Positions 50,190-61,500 of a stretch of 64,000 nt of DNA are shown here, piece after piece. Positions within the stretch are counted from its first letter, which is position 1; the number at the start of each line of letters is the position of its first letter. A program made the translations under genes and the position numbers. A model generated the notes under the pieces. It had not been told where the DNA came from. It saw nothing but the letters and a program-made list of their open reading frames with translations, and made no database searches. The stretch covers positions 3,782,001-3,846,000 of the forward strand of contig NC_089429.1 in NCBI RefSeq assembly GCF_026210795.1. The letters are read 5' to 3'. Source of the stretch: Rhizophagus irregularis (taxonomy: Eukaryota).

Positions 50190-50540
50190 AAAATAAATTG
50201 TATCAAATTTTCGCAAGATTAATAAATTATATACTATTGATATATTTAAAAAATAAATTGTATCAAATTTTCTCAGGATAAATTATATACTATTGATATA
50301 TTTAAAAAATAAATTGTATCAAATTTTCTCAGGATAAATTATATACTATTGATATATTTAAAAAATAAATTGTATCAAATTTTCGCAAGATTAATAAATT
50401 ATATACTATTGATATATTTAAAAAATAAATTGTATCAAATTTTCGCAAGATTAATAAATTATATACTATTGATATATTTAAAAATAAAAAAATAAATCAA
50501 TTGATATATTTAGAAATAAATTGTATCAATTTTCGCAATC
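50190..50540. repeat. 56-60 bp tandem repeat (~6 copies) between the divergent genes of element A
   Basis: aaataaattgtatcaaattttc..gat..aattatatactattgatatattta is repeated. Confidence 0.9.
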
Positions 50541-50715
50541 TCTTTATTAACCGATTAAAATAAATAGTTTAATTTATCTAATTGTGGTAATATTCGCACA
50601 ATTCAATTCTGATGTATACAATAATTAATCGCAAAGCCAATTGATCAAATTCTCTTGCGAACTAACTGATTGATGTATTTTGAGGAAATTTTGATTACAA
50701 ATTGACGGATTGAAG

Positions 50716-53700
50716 ATGACAAAATCAAAGAAAAATCGCATTAATAAAGATCGTACGAAAGTTACTGATAGTGCACCTAAAACTAGAAAATTTGTCGAAT
50801 GCAATTGTTTGTTGCATTGTGGTAGTAGTAAGTTAGTGGATCCCAGAACATTCAGAAGACATCAAGAAGAAGTTAACCGACTTCAAACAATTGCTTCTGG
50901 ATCTCAGAGTTCTTCAAAACTAAAAGGTACCAGGAACGAACTGTATAATGTAGAATCATCTCCAGATGAAAAAGGAAAAAAAAGAATTAGAGTGGTAGAG
51001 AATATATCAGATGATGATGTTAGCGATGATGATGATGATGGTGATGATGGTGATGAATCTCCCGATGAAAGAGGAAAAAGAAGAATTAGAGCGGTAGAAT
51101 ATTCATCAGATGATGATGATGAATCACCTCTAAGCGATAATGAACCAATGCCAGAAAGACCAGGAAGACAAAAGCGTATCAATAAGATTGACGATATGAT
51201 TCCTGATGATGACGATAGTGATAGTTCTTTGACCGACAGGTCTTTAACAGAAAGTGACGATAACGAATCCTTGACAGAAAATGATGATGAGGCTTCTGAG
51301 GTATCTGGAGATGATGACCGTGATTTAAGTGAAGATGAAGTTCTGATCGAACAATTTACAGCTTCCGATTTTGATGACTATGATTATGAATCAGATCTTA
51401 GAAATCTTGACACAAACATTGACTTTAACGATTCGTGGATACTTTTGTGGATATTCAAATATCAGGCGAGATTTCGTCTTCCTGATGTCGCCATCGATAA
51501 ACTTATTAAATTTTTTAAGATAGTTTTATCAGATGCTGATAAACGACGATTTGAAAGATTCCCTACATCATCTTATTTGGCGAAAAAACTTTTAAAGATC
51601 GTTAAGCAAGAAAAGACATACGTAGTATATCCAGATTGTAATACTTTGTATAAAGTTTCAGAAATTTTGACACAAAATCAAAATGTAGAGTTCAGATGTA
51701 CCCATGTGGAGTTTCCGAATCATCCAAAGCACAGCAAAAGATAAGCTTGCGGAGCAAAATTAACAAATAAGATCCCGATAGTTAAGGGATTTGCCAGAAA
51801 ACCTAAAATGTTATTTCCGGTACCTTCTCTAAAGACCCAAATAATATCGATGTATCAGCGCCCAGGTTTTGTAGAGTCACTTCAAAAATGGACAAATCGG
51901 GTTAATATAGCAAATTTATATACCGATATTTATGATGGAAAAGTATGAAAAACATTTCCGTCTTCCTTAGACAACCCGGATACTCGATTTTTTACAAATG
52001 AGACAGCCGATTCTAATCTTGGGATCATGATTAATTTAGACTAGTTCCAACCATTTAATTCGTCAGCTTACAGCTCTGGTGTTATCTATGGAGTCATATG
52101 TAATCTTTCCCGTGATATTAGATTTAAACGTGAAAACATACTATATCTTGGACTTCTACCAGGACCGGAAGAGGTAAAATTACACAAGATAAATCATTAT
52201 CTTAGTCCAATTGTTGACGAATTGTTAGAATTCTGGGTTGGTGTTGATTTACCTTCTACCGATTTGCATCCAACTGGTAAAAGAATCTGGATGGCGGTAA
52301 TTTGCTGCAGCAATGACATACCGGCTGCTAGAAAATTATGCGGTCATATTTCAGCATTGGTTGGCTGCCATCGATGCTATAAAATAGCTAACATCAGCGG
52401 AAGAAAGCTTAATTATGGAGGGTTTGATGACATGACCAAGTGGTTCGTGCAAAAAGATCTAAATGAACATCAACGCAATGCCGAACATTAGCGGTTGTGT
52501 AAATCTAAGTACGAAAGAAAAAAACATGTTTCCGAAACTCACGTACGTTGGTCAGAGTTGTTAAGATTGCCGTATTTCAACTTGATCAGATTTCTTGTGG
52601 TTAATCCAATGCATAATTTATTTTTGGGAATTGCGCATTGGATCGTGAAAAGGTTGTGGATAGATGGCGGGAAAATAACAAAAACCCATCTTAAATTGAT
52701 GGAAAAAAGAGCAAAAAAGATCCAAGTTCCGGTTGATTTAGAAAGGATACCTTCTAAAATAGCAACCGGAGAAGGATTTTTTGGATATACAGCTGATCAA
52801 TAGAGGTCGTTTATTATGATTTATGCAACACTGATTATGTGGGATCTTTTGGACGAGGCTGATCGGAAAATTTTAGCAAATTTTGTAAGAGCCTGTACTT
52901 TGCTTGTTTGTCGAATTGTTAACAAAAGCGCACTGCTCAAAGCTCATTACCGACTGCACCAAGTAGCTCGTTTAATTGAGGAAAATTACGGACAGGAGAA
53001 AATAACTCCAAATATCCATTTATCTCTCCACATCGTTGAATGTTGCCAAGATTATGGACCGCTTTATTCGTTCTGGTGTTATTCATTTGAACGAATGAAT
53101 GGCGTATTAGGTAAAACACATTGATTGTTGAAAATCAAAATTTCTAATTGGCAAATTGGTAACGGATAAACTTATTGTTTAAATAGGTTTCCTTCCTAAT
53201 AGTAAACGTACTATTGAATTAGAATTGTTGCGAATCATCGTGCAAAATTCGCGGTGTTAACAGGTCCGTCTCAGACTCTGTCAACTATAACTAAACGTTA
53301 GGGAGTCAATAGCTATAACGTAGTTTATATCAGCAAGACACACAAAAACACAATACGCAAAATATAACACAATCACAGTTCATTTTTAATATAAGAGTTT
53401 ATTAAATAGTTAATACAAGTTAATCCCTAACTTATACTATCTATTTTCTATCTATCTGACACACTGACACACACTTTAACTTAAGAAAAATCAAAAGATA
53501 TTTATATAAAAATAAAATATAAAGAAAATAATATAACTAAAATAAATAAAGTAAATAAAATAAATGTAATAAATAAAAGAAATAATAAAAATAATAAAAA
53601 TAACATAAATAATATAAATAACAAAAATAACAATTGTAACGTTAATCAGATCTACAAAATTATTTGATTACATAATGATTGATCTACTAATTAATCATCT

Positions 53701-54558
53701 GATTTTTGAATCACGTGATTTTTACTGCGCCATAATCTTCGTTATCAGCGGTTAGACAGCTTAATATCCGTCCAATCGGATAATGCAAAATTGATGAATG
53801 CATTACCTTTGGTTCAATCTCGATTAACAACTGGAAGTTTGGCAGCTTATGATGGGTTTGATTTTAATGAACTTTACCATTTTATGCAAAATTTTCATCA
53901 AAATATCGATAACACGATTACTACTGGTAGCGAAGAATTTCTGGGAGAGATGCTTACTCCAAGAAATCGAGTATCATTACCAAATGCCACATATGAACTA
54001 TTGGTGAAATATTATAATGATATATACGATTGGAATTTTACATCAATTGCTGATTTAGCTTCGAGTGATTTATCATCAGGAGATTCCAATCAATCAATCG
54101 TTGTATTGCCAATCGTAACCCAGTTTGGTCGTATTCAGATTGCTGCCAAAATTTTTGGGTCAAAAAGTGCACCCCGATATCAAAGAAGTTCATATATTCT
54201 GGCCAAATTTATACAGGACGATGAGTCTATAGACATTTACCCTGGTTATGTTCAGTATTATTTCGAGCATACAGTTCAGCTGCCAATCGGTCCTAAGACG
54301 CATCGGCTCGCTTTTGTCAACTGGTATTTATGGGCACCAAATGAGAAAACAAGGTTTCATTGCAGAATCGGCAATTGGGATGATAAAAGTTGCAACGTTG
54401 AATTGTGGAAATATGATTTCCACGAATTATCTAGAGATGCCATCATGCCGATTCATAACATATACAGTCGATTCTTACCTAGCAAATTTACAGTTGGCAC
54501 ACGAAATCCAACTACTTATATGGCAGTCATACCAATTAATAGACAATTTCATTTGTAA
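50716..54558 (+). pseudogene. Transposase of element A (Transposase_21/tnp2 type), with multiple stops and a solo LTR insertion
   Basis: Motifs: DIYDGKV*; NLD*FQP; ICNLSRDIRFK; NDIPAARKLCGH; CHRC; PMHNLFLG; PNIHLSLH; YGPLYSFWCYSFERMNG. The intron at 53111-53186 is in the same position as in transposase B. Confidence 0.92.
53255..53747. mobile_element. Solo LTR (493 bp) with 4-bp TSD GCGG
   Basis: Runs TGTTAAC...GTTATCA. GCGG lies at 53251-53254 and 53748-53751. Removal restores the frame IIVQNSRLDSLISVQSDNAKLMNALP. Confidence 0.92.
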
Positions 54559-54888
54559 TAAAACAGAATTCATTTACGTTTAAAATAAGTTATCTGATAA
54601 ATAAATTTATAATTTACTAACAATCGAATTACAATTTGTTTTAAATTTATAAATTACTAACAATCGGTCACTATTTGTTTTAAAAAGAGTAATCGGTAAA
54701 TTAAACTAAATGATAGTTATCAATCGGTAAATTTAAACTAAAAGATAGTTATCAATCGGGTATTAATCTGATTGATACCCGATCAAAGTGTACACCAATT
54801 TCTAACTATTGAATAAATCAGGTGACCGATCAAAAAAAAAGTTACCAATCGGGTAAATACCCGATTGGTCAGCGTTTTACCTGTGAAA

Positions 54889-55790
54889 GTCTGGTTCGTA
54901 TTATTCATCCGGCAACCTAAAAAAAAGAAAAATAGAAGCGTTAGAACGTTTCTCTTAAAAAAATTGTTATCCCTTCCCTCCTTCACTTACATAATTCCAA
55001 AGTCCGGTTCATAGTTTTCGTTCGGCAACCTGAAAAAAAGAGGAAAGAAATGTTATATAACGTTTCTTAAAGAATTAATAAAAAACCTCTGACCTTCTTT
55101 TTACCTAAATTCCAAAGTCCAGTTTGTAGTTTTTGTCCGGTAACCTAAAAAAAGAGAAGAAGCGTTTAGTAACGTTTCTTAAAGAATATAATGAAAAAAA
55201 TACACTCCCCAACCTCCTTTTTTACCTAAATTCTGAAGTCCAGTTCGTATTATTCGTCTGGCAACCTAAAAAAAAAGAAAAAGAGAAGCGTTAGTAACAT
55301 TTCTCAAAAAAATAAAATATAATCCCCCCTTCCACTTACATAATCCAAAAGTCTGGTCGTAGTTTTCGTCCGGCAATCTGAAAAAAAAGGAAACATTTGA
55401 TCCAGCGGCTTTTTTTATAATAGATAATCTACAGATTATCAAACTATATGTATGTCATATGACTTCGGCGCTGTTATAGGATCAGACCATTTATTTCGTT
55501 GATACACAGTAAAAAAAAAAAACATATATATATATTTTTTATTTTTTTTTGTAAGTCCTATTTTTTGTAAAACGCTGGACTCTTGGAGACCAGGATGAAC
55601 CGTCAAACTGTACCTATATAATAAAGGTAATGTGGGAGAAGGGGTTATGTGTTTTGTAATTAAGAAACGTTTTTAACGTTTCTTTCTTTTTTTTTTGTAA
55701 AACTAGAACGTCAGACTCTTAGAAACGAACCCGGACTTGAAATGTAAGGAATATGGGAAGGGGGAGTGGTGTTTTGTAATTTAAAGTAAA
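54889..55790. repeat. Exon+intron-like units: 5 on the minus strand (54889-55390) and ~2 related units on the plus strand (55560-55790)
   Basis: Minus strand: polyT-(t/c)ag|GTTGCCGGACGAA..GAACCGGACTTTGGAAT..|gtaagt or gtaaaa ... GAAACGTTACTAA(A)CGCTTC. Confidence 0.7.
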
Positions 55791-55894
55791 ATTATTTATA
55801 ATTCTAAACTTGTATAATATTTAATTAGATTTTTTCAATAACTGGTTTAATAACATGTTTTAAAATATTTTTTTTTATACAGTTTTTAAAACTC

Positions 55895-57395
55895 TTTAAA
55901 TTCCATATGGGAAGGGTTCATATGGGATATCTAATAGAAAATTTTTTTTAAGAGATTTTCTAAAAGTTCATATGGGAAGGGTCCGTATGGGATATCTGAT
56001 AGAAAAATTTTCTTTTGATAGACAGATAGAGATTTTTTTTTTTGAAATTTCTAAAAGTTCGTATGGGAAGAGTTCATATGGGATATTTTGATAAAGATTT
56101 TCTAAGAGTTCGTATGGAAGGGTTTATATGGGATATCTGATAGAAAATTTTTTTTTTAAGAGATTTTCTAAGAGTTCATATGGGAAGGGTTCATATGGGA
56201 TATCTGATAGAAAAATTTTTTTTAATAAATAAATAGAGATTTTTTTTTTTTTTGAGATTTCTAAAAGTTCGTATGGAAAGAGTTCATATGGGATATTTTG
56301 ATATAGATTTTCTAAGAGTTTGTATGGAAGGGTTCGTATGGGATATTTTAATAGAGATTCTTTTTGTGAAATTTTTTAAGAGTTCATATGGAAAGGGTTT
56401 GTATGAGATATTTTTTAATAGAAAATTTTTTTTAAGAGATTTCCTAAGATTCGTATAGGATATTTTTGATAAATAGAGATTTTTTTTTGAGATTTCTAAA
56501 TTTCGTATGAGAAGAGTTCATATGGGATATCTAATAGAAAAATTTTTTTTTGATAGGATAGATAGAAATTTTTTTTTTTTGAGATTTCTAAAAAGTTCAT
56601 ATAGAAAGAGTTCATATGGGATATTTTGATAAAGATTTTCTAAGAGTTCGTATAGAAGGGTTCATATGGGATATTTTAATAGAGATTTTTTTGTGAAATT
56701 TTTTAAGAGTTCATATGGGAAGGGTTCATATGAGATATTTTTTGATAGAAAATTTTTTTTAAGAAATTTCCTAAGATTCGTATAGGATATTTTTGATAAA
56801 TAGAGATTTTTTTTTGAGATTTCTAAATTTCGTATGGGAAGAGTTCATATGGGATATCTGATAGAAAAATTTTTTTTTGATAGGATAGATAGAAATTTTT
56901 TTTTTTTGAGGTTTCTAAAAGTTCGTATGGGAAGAGTTCATATGGGATATTTTGATAAAGATTTTCTAAGAATTCGTATAGAAGGGTTCGTATGGGATAT
57001 CTGATAGAAAATTTTTTTTTGAAAGATTTTCTAAGAATTCATATAGGATATTTTTGATAAACAGAGATTTTTTGATTTTGAGATTTCTAAGTGTTCGTAT
57101 GGGAAGAATTCGTATGGAATATTTTGATAAAGATTTTCTAAGAGTTCGTATGGGAAGAGTTTGTATGGGATATTTTAAATAGAGATTTTTTTTGTGAAAT
57201 TTTTTAGGGTTCGTATAGGATATCTTTGATTAATAAAGATTTCTTTTTTGTAAAATTTTTTAGAGTTCGTATGGATATTTTTGATAGAAAATTTTTTTTT
57301 TGAAATTTTCTAAGATTCATATAGATTCTTTTTTTGAAATGTTCTAAGAATTTGTATGAGATATTTTTAATAGAGAATTTTTTTAGAATTCGTAA
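55895..57395. repeat. Complex satellite with higher-order structure
   Basis: Subunit gttc(a/g)tatgggaag(a/g)gttcatatgggatat..gatag..agattttctaa, arranged in ~300-bp higher-order blocks. Confidence 0.9.
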
Positions 57396-57437
57396 CATTA
57401 AATAAAAAATAATATACTTTTTATTAAATTTATATTA

Positions 57438-57574
57438 CCGTACGGTTTCGAAATTAAGCAACCCCCCGAAAATAAGCAACCCTGGCCCGCATTAAGCCGA
57501 TTTTGGCCGGAACTATGAGGACTTTGGCCAGAATTAAGTGCAAAAAATGGTTGCGTAATTTCGGAACCGTACGG
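57438..57574. mobile_element. 137-bp MITE with a TA TSD (Tc1/mariner-pogo-like)
   Basis: CCGTACGGTTTCGAAATTAAGCAACC / GGTTGCGTAATTTCGGAACCGTACGG (24/26 match). TA flanks both sides. Confidence 0.9.
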
Positions 57575-58324
57575 TAAATAAATTAATATTATTAAACAAT
57601 TTTAAAAAAATTTAGGTCTCTGAAAGTCAAGGTAAATTTGATTCAAATTTAAAAGGTCACTATATGTAAGATAAAATTATGAGACGAGTAAATTCAATAT
57701 TTATCTATTATTAACCAATTAAAATTCAGTCTGATCTTTATGCACGTGACCTGATCTTAACATGCATATAAATTACCAAACTAGAGTTTGTTTATTTTTC
57801 AAAAAATATACACGCTCTTTCTTTTCTGTTTTTTTCTTACTCTCTTTACATTTTATAGGTATATTAATTATTGTATTTTTGTCATTAAATTTATTGTATT
57901 GACTATATTTTATTTTATAATATTATCACTTTTTAATATTATTAACGTAATAATATATTTCTTTTTTTTATATTACTAATGTTATTCTTTTTTTTTATAT
58001 TTTACTAACATCATCACGTATTTTTCTTTTTTTTTATTAAACTCTTCATAATACTAATTTTGTATTTATACTTTACTATGATTACTAACTTTTATACTTT
58101 ACTATGATTACTAACTTTTACACTTTACTATTTATTAAATATTACTAACTTTATCAAATATTACATCATTTTGTAGTATAAAGTATTTAAAAAAGATTAT
58201 GAATGGTTTTTATTTTAAATATTAATAGATAAAGACACTATGTATTTTATTGTTTGTAGAGTTTATAATTTTAATAAATATTATAATATGCTGTAATAAA
58301 TTTTATTATTGGTTATATGATTAC

Positions 58325-58490
58325 TACCATAAATTAACCCATAAATTGACTACCATAAATTGACCATCGATTGACCATAAGTTGACCATTGATTGTCCAG
58401 TCACCAATCTGTCACCAATCAGTCACCAATCGGTCATCAATCAGTCACCAATCTGTCACCAATCTGTCACCAATCGGTCACCAATCGGTA
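58325..58490. repeat. 11-bp tandem repeat (GTCACCAATC), the same motif as the element A subtermini
   Basis: cagtcaccaatctgtcaccaatcagtcaccaatcggtca... Confidence 0.85.
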
Positions 58491-58565
58491 TACAGTCAAC
58501 TCTCTTTATAGTCACACATTTGGGACAGTCCATATTTGGTGATTATGAGCAAACAGTCTTATGAC

Positions 58566-61500
58566 TTTATTTTTTATTAAAATTTAAACGAAAAGTACAA
58601 GAAACAAATCGAACTATATTACAGAATATATAAAATTTAAACAAAAATAAAAAAAACTAGCTTCACGATTCATACAAGTAAAGAAATCTAAACAAAATAA
58701 AATTAAGTAAAGAAAAACTAAACTATTACAGAAACGCATACCCCATCTTTACCCGAAGGCCAGTGTGAGTCAACTATCCAGCATGTCCTAAGATCCGATC
58801 CGTTACCAAAAAGAAATCCTAAGTAGAGGCTGAACTGTTAAGCGGCGCCAAAAATCCAAATGTGAAATCCAAGATCCCCCACGGATTATAGAAGAGGAAA
58901 CCCAAGAAACCCAGGAATCTGAGGAAACTGTCGCCAGGGAAGGTATTGAAGAATCAGGAGGAATGTTAAATGAAGTGCGTGAAATAGAAGAAGGATCAAG
59001 AGCTGACAATTTCATTTTTTTAGTGATGCCTTGAGCTGATTCCCAATGATGAAAGAAAATAGAGCGGCACAACCAGATCTGAACATAAAGGTCAAAATGA
59101 AAGTCGTGCAAAGGTGTATCTAAGATAGACCATATGGTAGGTGAAGAGAAATAAATTCCAAGGAATTCAGTAAGGGATAACGGTATAAGTTCTCATGCGA
59201 GTCTCAGGCAAGAAAATGAAGGAGGGTCACAATCCCAACAATCAAGAGCCATAAATTCAGTAGCAAAAGAGTCCGGCAAAGGTATTAAAAATGACGCGGA
59301 AAGGAATTTATCAAGATAATTAGTCCGAAGAGCCAATAGAAGTGTTTTAAAAGTATTTAAAGGGCTAAATTCCGGTAAGATATAAGGACAAGTCCACAAG
59401 TGGTCTAAAGTCTCGGGAAAAGAGTTACATTGAGGACAAAGCCAACTTGGATTATAAAAATGAGGCTTTCGTCTCTGAAGAGTTGTCAGCATCGGAAGCA
59501 TATCTAATAGTAGTTTGATACAGAAACCACAAAACTCGGAACGGCCATTCTGATGGGAGACAAATTGCTTATCATTAATGAGACAAAATTTGGTACAAGC
59601 CCAATCAATATCAGAAGTTGAAGAAGAGGAATTAAATCTTGGTAATAAAGCAAGAGTTAAAAGAGTTTTAGCGTCAAAAATATCTCTGATAAATTTCTGG
59701 ATATTCATATCCACAGGTAAAGAATTAAATTGTAATATGCAAGGAGCTAACAATTCCAATGATGGACGAGAAGAAAGGTGTGAGTCCGTATGAGCGGCTT
59801 TAGCTAATGCATCCACATGATTATTCAAAGTGTCATCAGCGTGAGCAGGAACTTTGATCAAGGTAACATCCAGATTCTTATGTGACTTTATAGCTCGTAT
59901 AGAGGACCATAAGAGATGGTTAAATTCTTTAAGCATTCTGGGAATAAAAGGAGCATTCACGTATGAGGACCATAGGGAAAGTAATTGGGCACAATCAGTG
60001 GCGACAGTAATCTTGGAATTCAGAGGGAGGGAGTCCAGTCCATGCAATAAAGCAAAAACTTCTGAACGTAAAGCAGAAGGAAAAATAGAAGAAATAATAT
60101 TATAATGAGATTCCAAAATAAATCCATCAGAATCTATAGCAGTCCATGCATAAGCCATCGAGGATACCGGATGACTAGAAGAAGGAAGGAAGGAACCATC
60201 AATATAAAGTGTATACACCGATGAAGGAAGTTGGATATCAGAAATCCTGGGCATTTGTTCATTTATAGAAGGTAACCGATCCGGAGCAAAAAGATGGAAT
60301 AGTAAAAGAGATTTGGCATAGCCTAACAAGGCAGAGAGTGAAACCGAACGAGTGTCCGCATATATATAAGTACGAGGTTTCGTAGGATAACGGATCAAAC
60401 TTGATAATGGAACATAAGAGAAACATCTTTCAGAGGGACATCGTTTAAGTAGAGTCTTAGAGGTAGAGGATCGCAGGAGAGCAGAGGCACAACCTTGACA
60501 CGCATTAAAATCAGAAAGCAAGTCATCAACCGAAGACGCAATCCAATGTGAAATAAGAGCTTCATTACGTGGAGCAGGATAGGTAGTAATCACACGACCA
60601 ACAAGAAAAGAGTTAGTATTACGATTAAAAGAAATAGCCCATTGAGGGTTAAACCAATAATTTCGACTAATATCTATAAAGGAAATAGAAGCTACAGTAT
60701 GAGAACTAGGAATTCTAAATTGTTGTAAAATAAAAAAGAAAGGCGAATTAGGAATAACAATAAGATTGAACAAATAATTAAACCAAGCAGGCACAGATCC
60801 TTTGTTCGATACTCGTTTAAGAAAGCGTAAATCTTTCCATGGGAAAAGTCAAGAGCCACACGGCGTAATCAGTTGAGCAAGGAAACGAGTGCTGAAATTT
60901 TTTCGGACATTTTTCATGGAAGTAAATAAGTCTTTTGGTAAAATAGACCGGAGTGGGATCGCCGGACGTAAATCTTTCCTCGGAGGTCGGAACATTAAAG
61001 ACCACGTGATATTTAATCGAGAAGAGAACAATAAAGAATTGAATAAAGAATGTGTTCGCAGGGAAAAGGTATGAGACCATGGTTCTAAATTAATAGTAGA
61101 AGGGCAGGTATCACAGTCCAAAAAACCTTGAAGATAAGTAATCATATAATTGGCAAAAGGTTTATATGAAGGGTGAGAAAAAATTTTCTGCCATGAAGCC
61201 ACATGAGATGAAAGAAAATGACCAAATGCTTGTTGGATTGAAAATGGTAATAATGTGAAAAGCGCAGAAAGAGGAGTAACTGAGGCAAGACCAGCTTTTT
61301 GTCGAATAAGAGAAAGCATTGGAGAAACCATGCGATTAATGGTAGATTCCGCAAACAATGTGATTTGTAGGCGAAATTCTAGCCTCGGAAGTAGGACAAC
61401 ATTATAAAGATAAGCCACGTGTTGAGCCAAAAGCTTTTTAGGACCAAGTAAAGCAGCCATATCTTTGACCATGGAAGTAGTTTGGTTGTGAACAAAGCGA

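Larger units (their letters stand above)
32501..54885 (+). mobile_element. CACTA/Mirage-like element A (22.4 kb including nested insertions), 3-bp TSD AAA
   Basis: Termini CACAGGT...ACCTGTG. AAA lies at 32498-32500 and 54886-54888. CCAATCGG/CCGATTGG subterminal motifs occur at both ends. Transposase at 50716-54558. Confidence 0.82.

Noticed and set aside
3890..57395. Regular repeat arrays considered as CRISPR arrays
   Set aside because: There are no unique spacers, no cas genes, and the context is eukaryotic with introns.
56252..58564. Short ORFs in satellite and AT-rich DNA (56252, 57204, 57788, 58382)
   Set aside because: They are low-complexity F/I/K/L-rich translations of repeats with no motif support.
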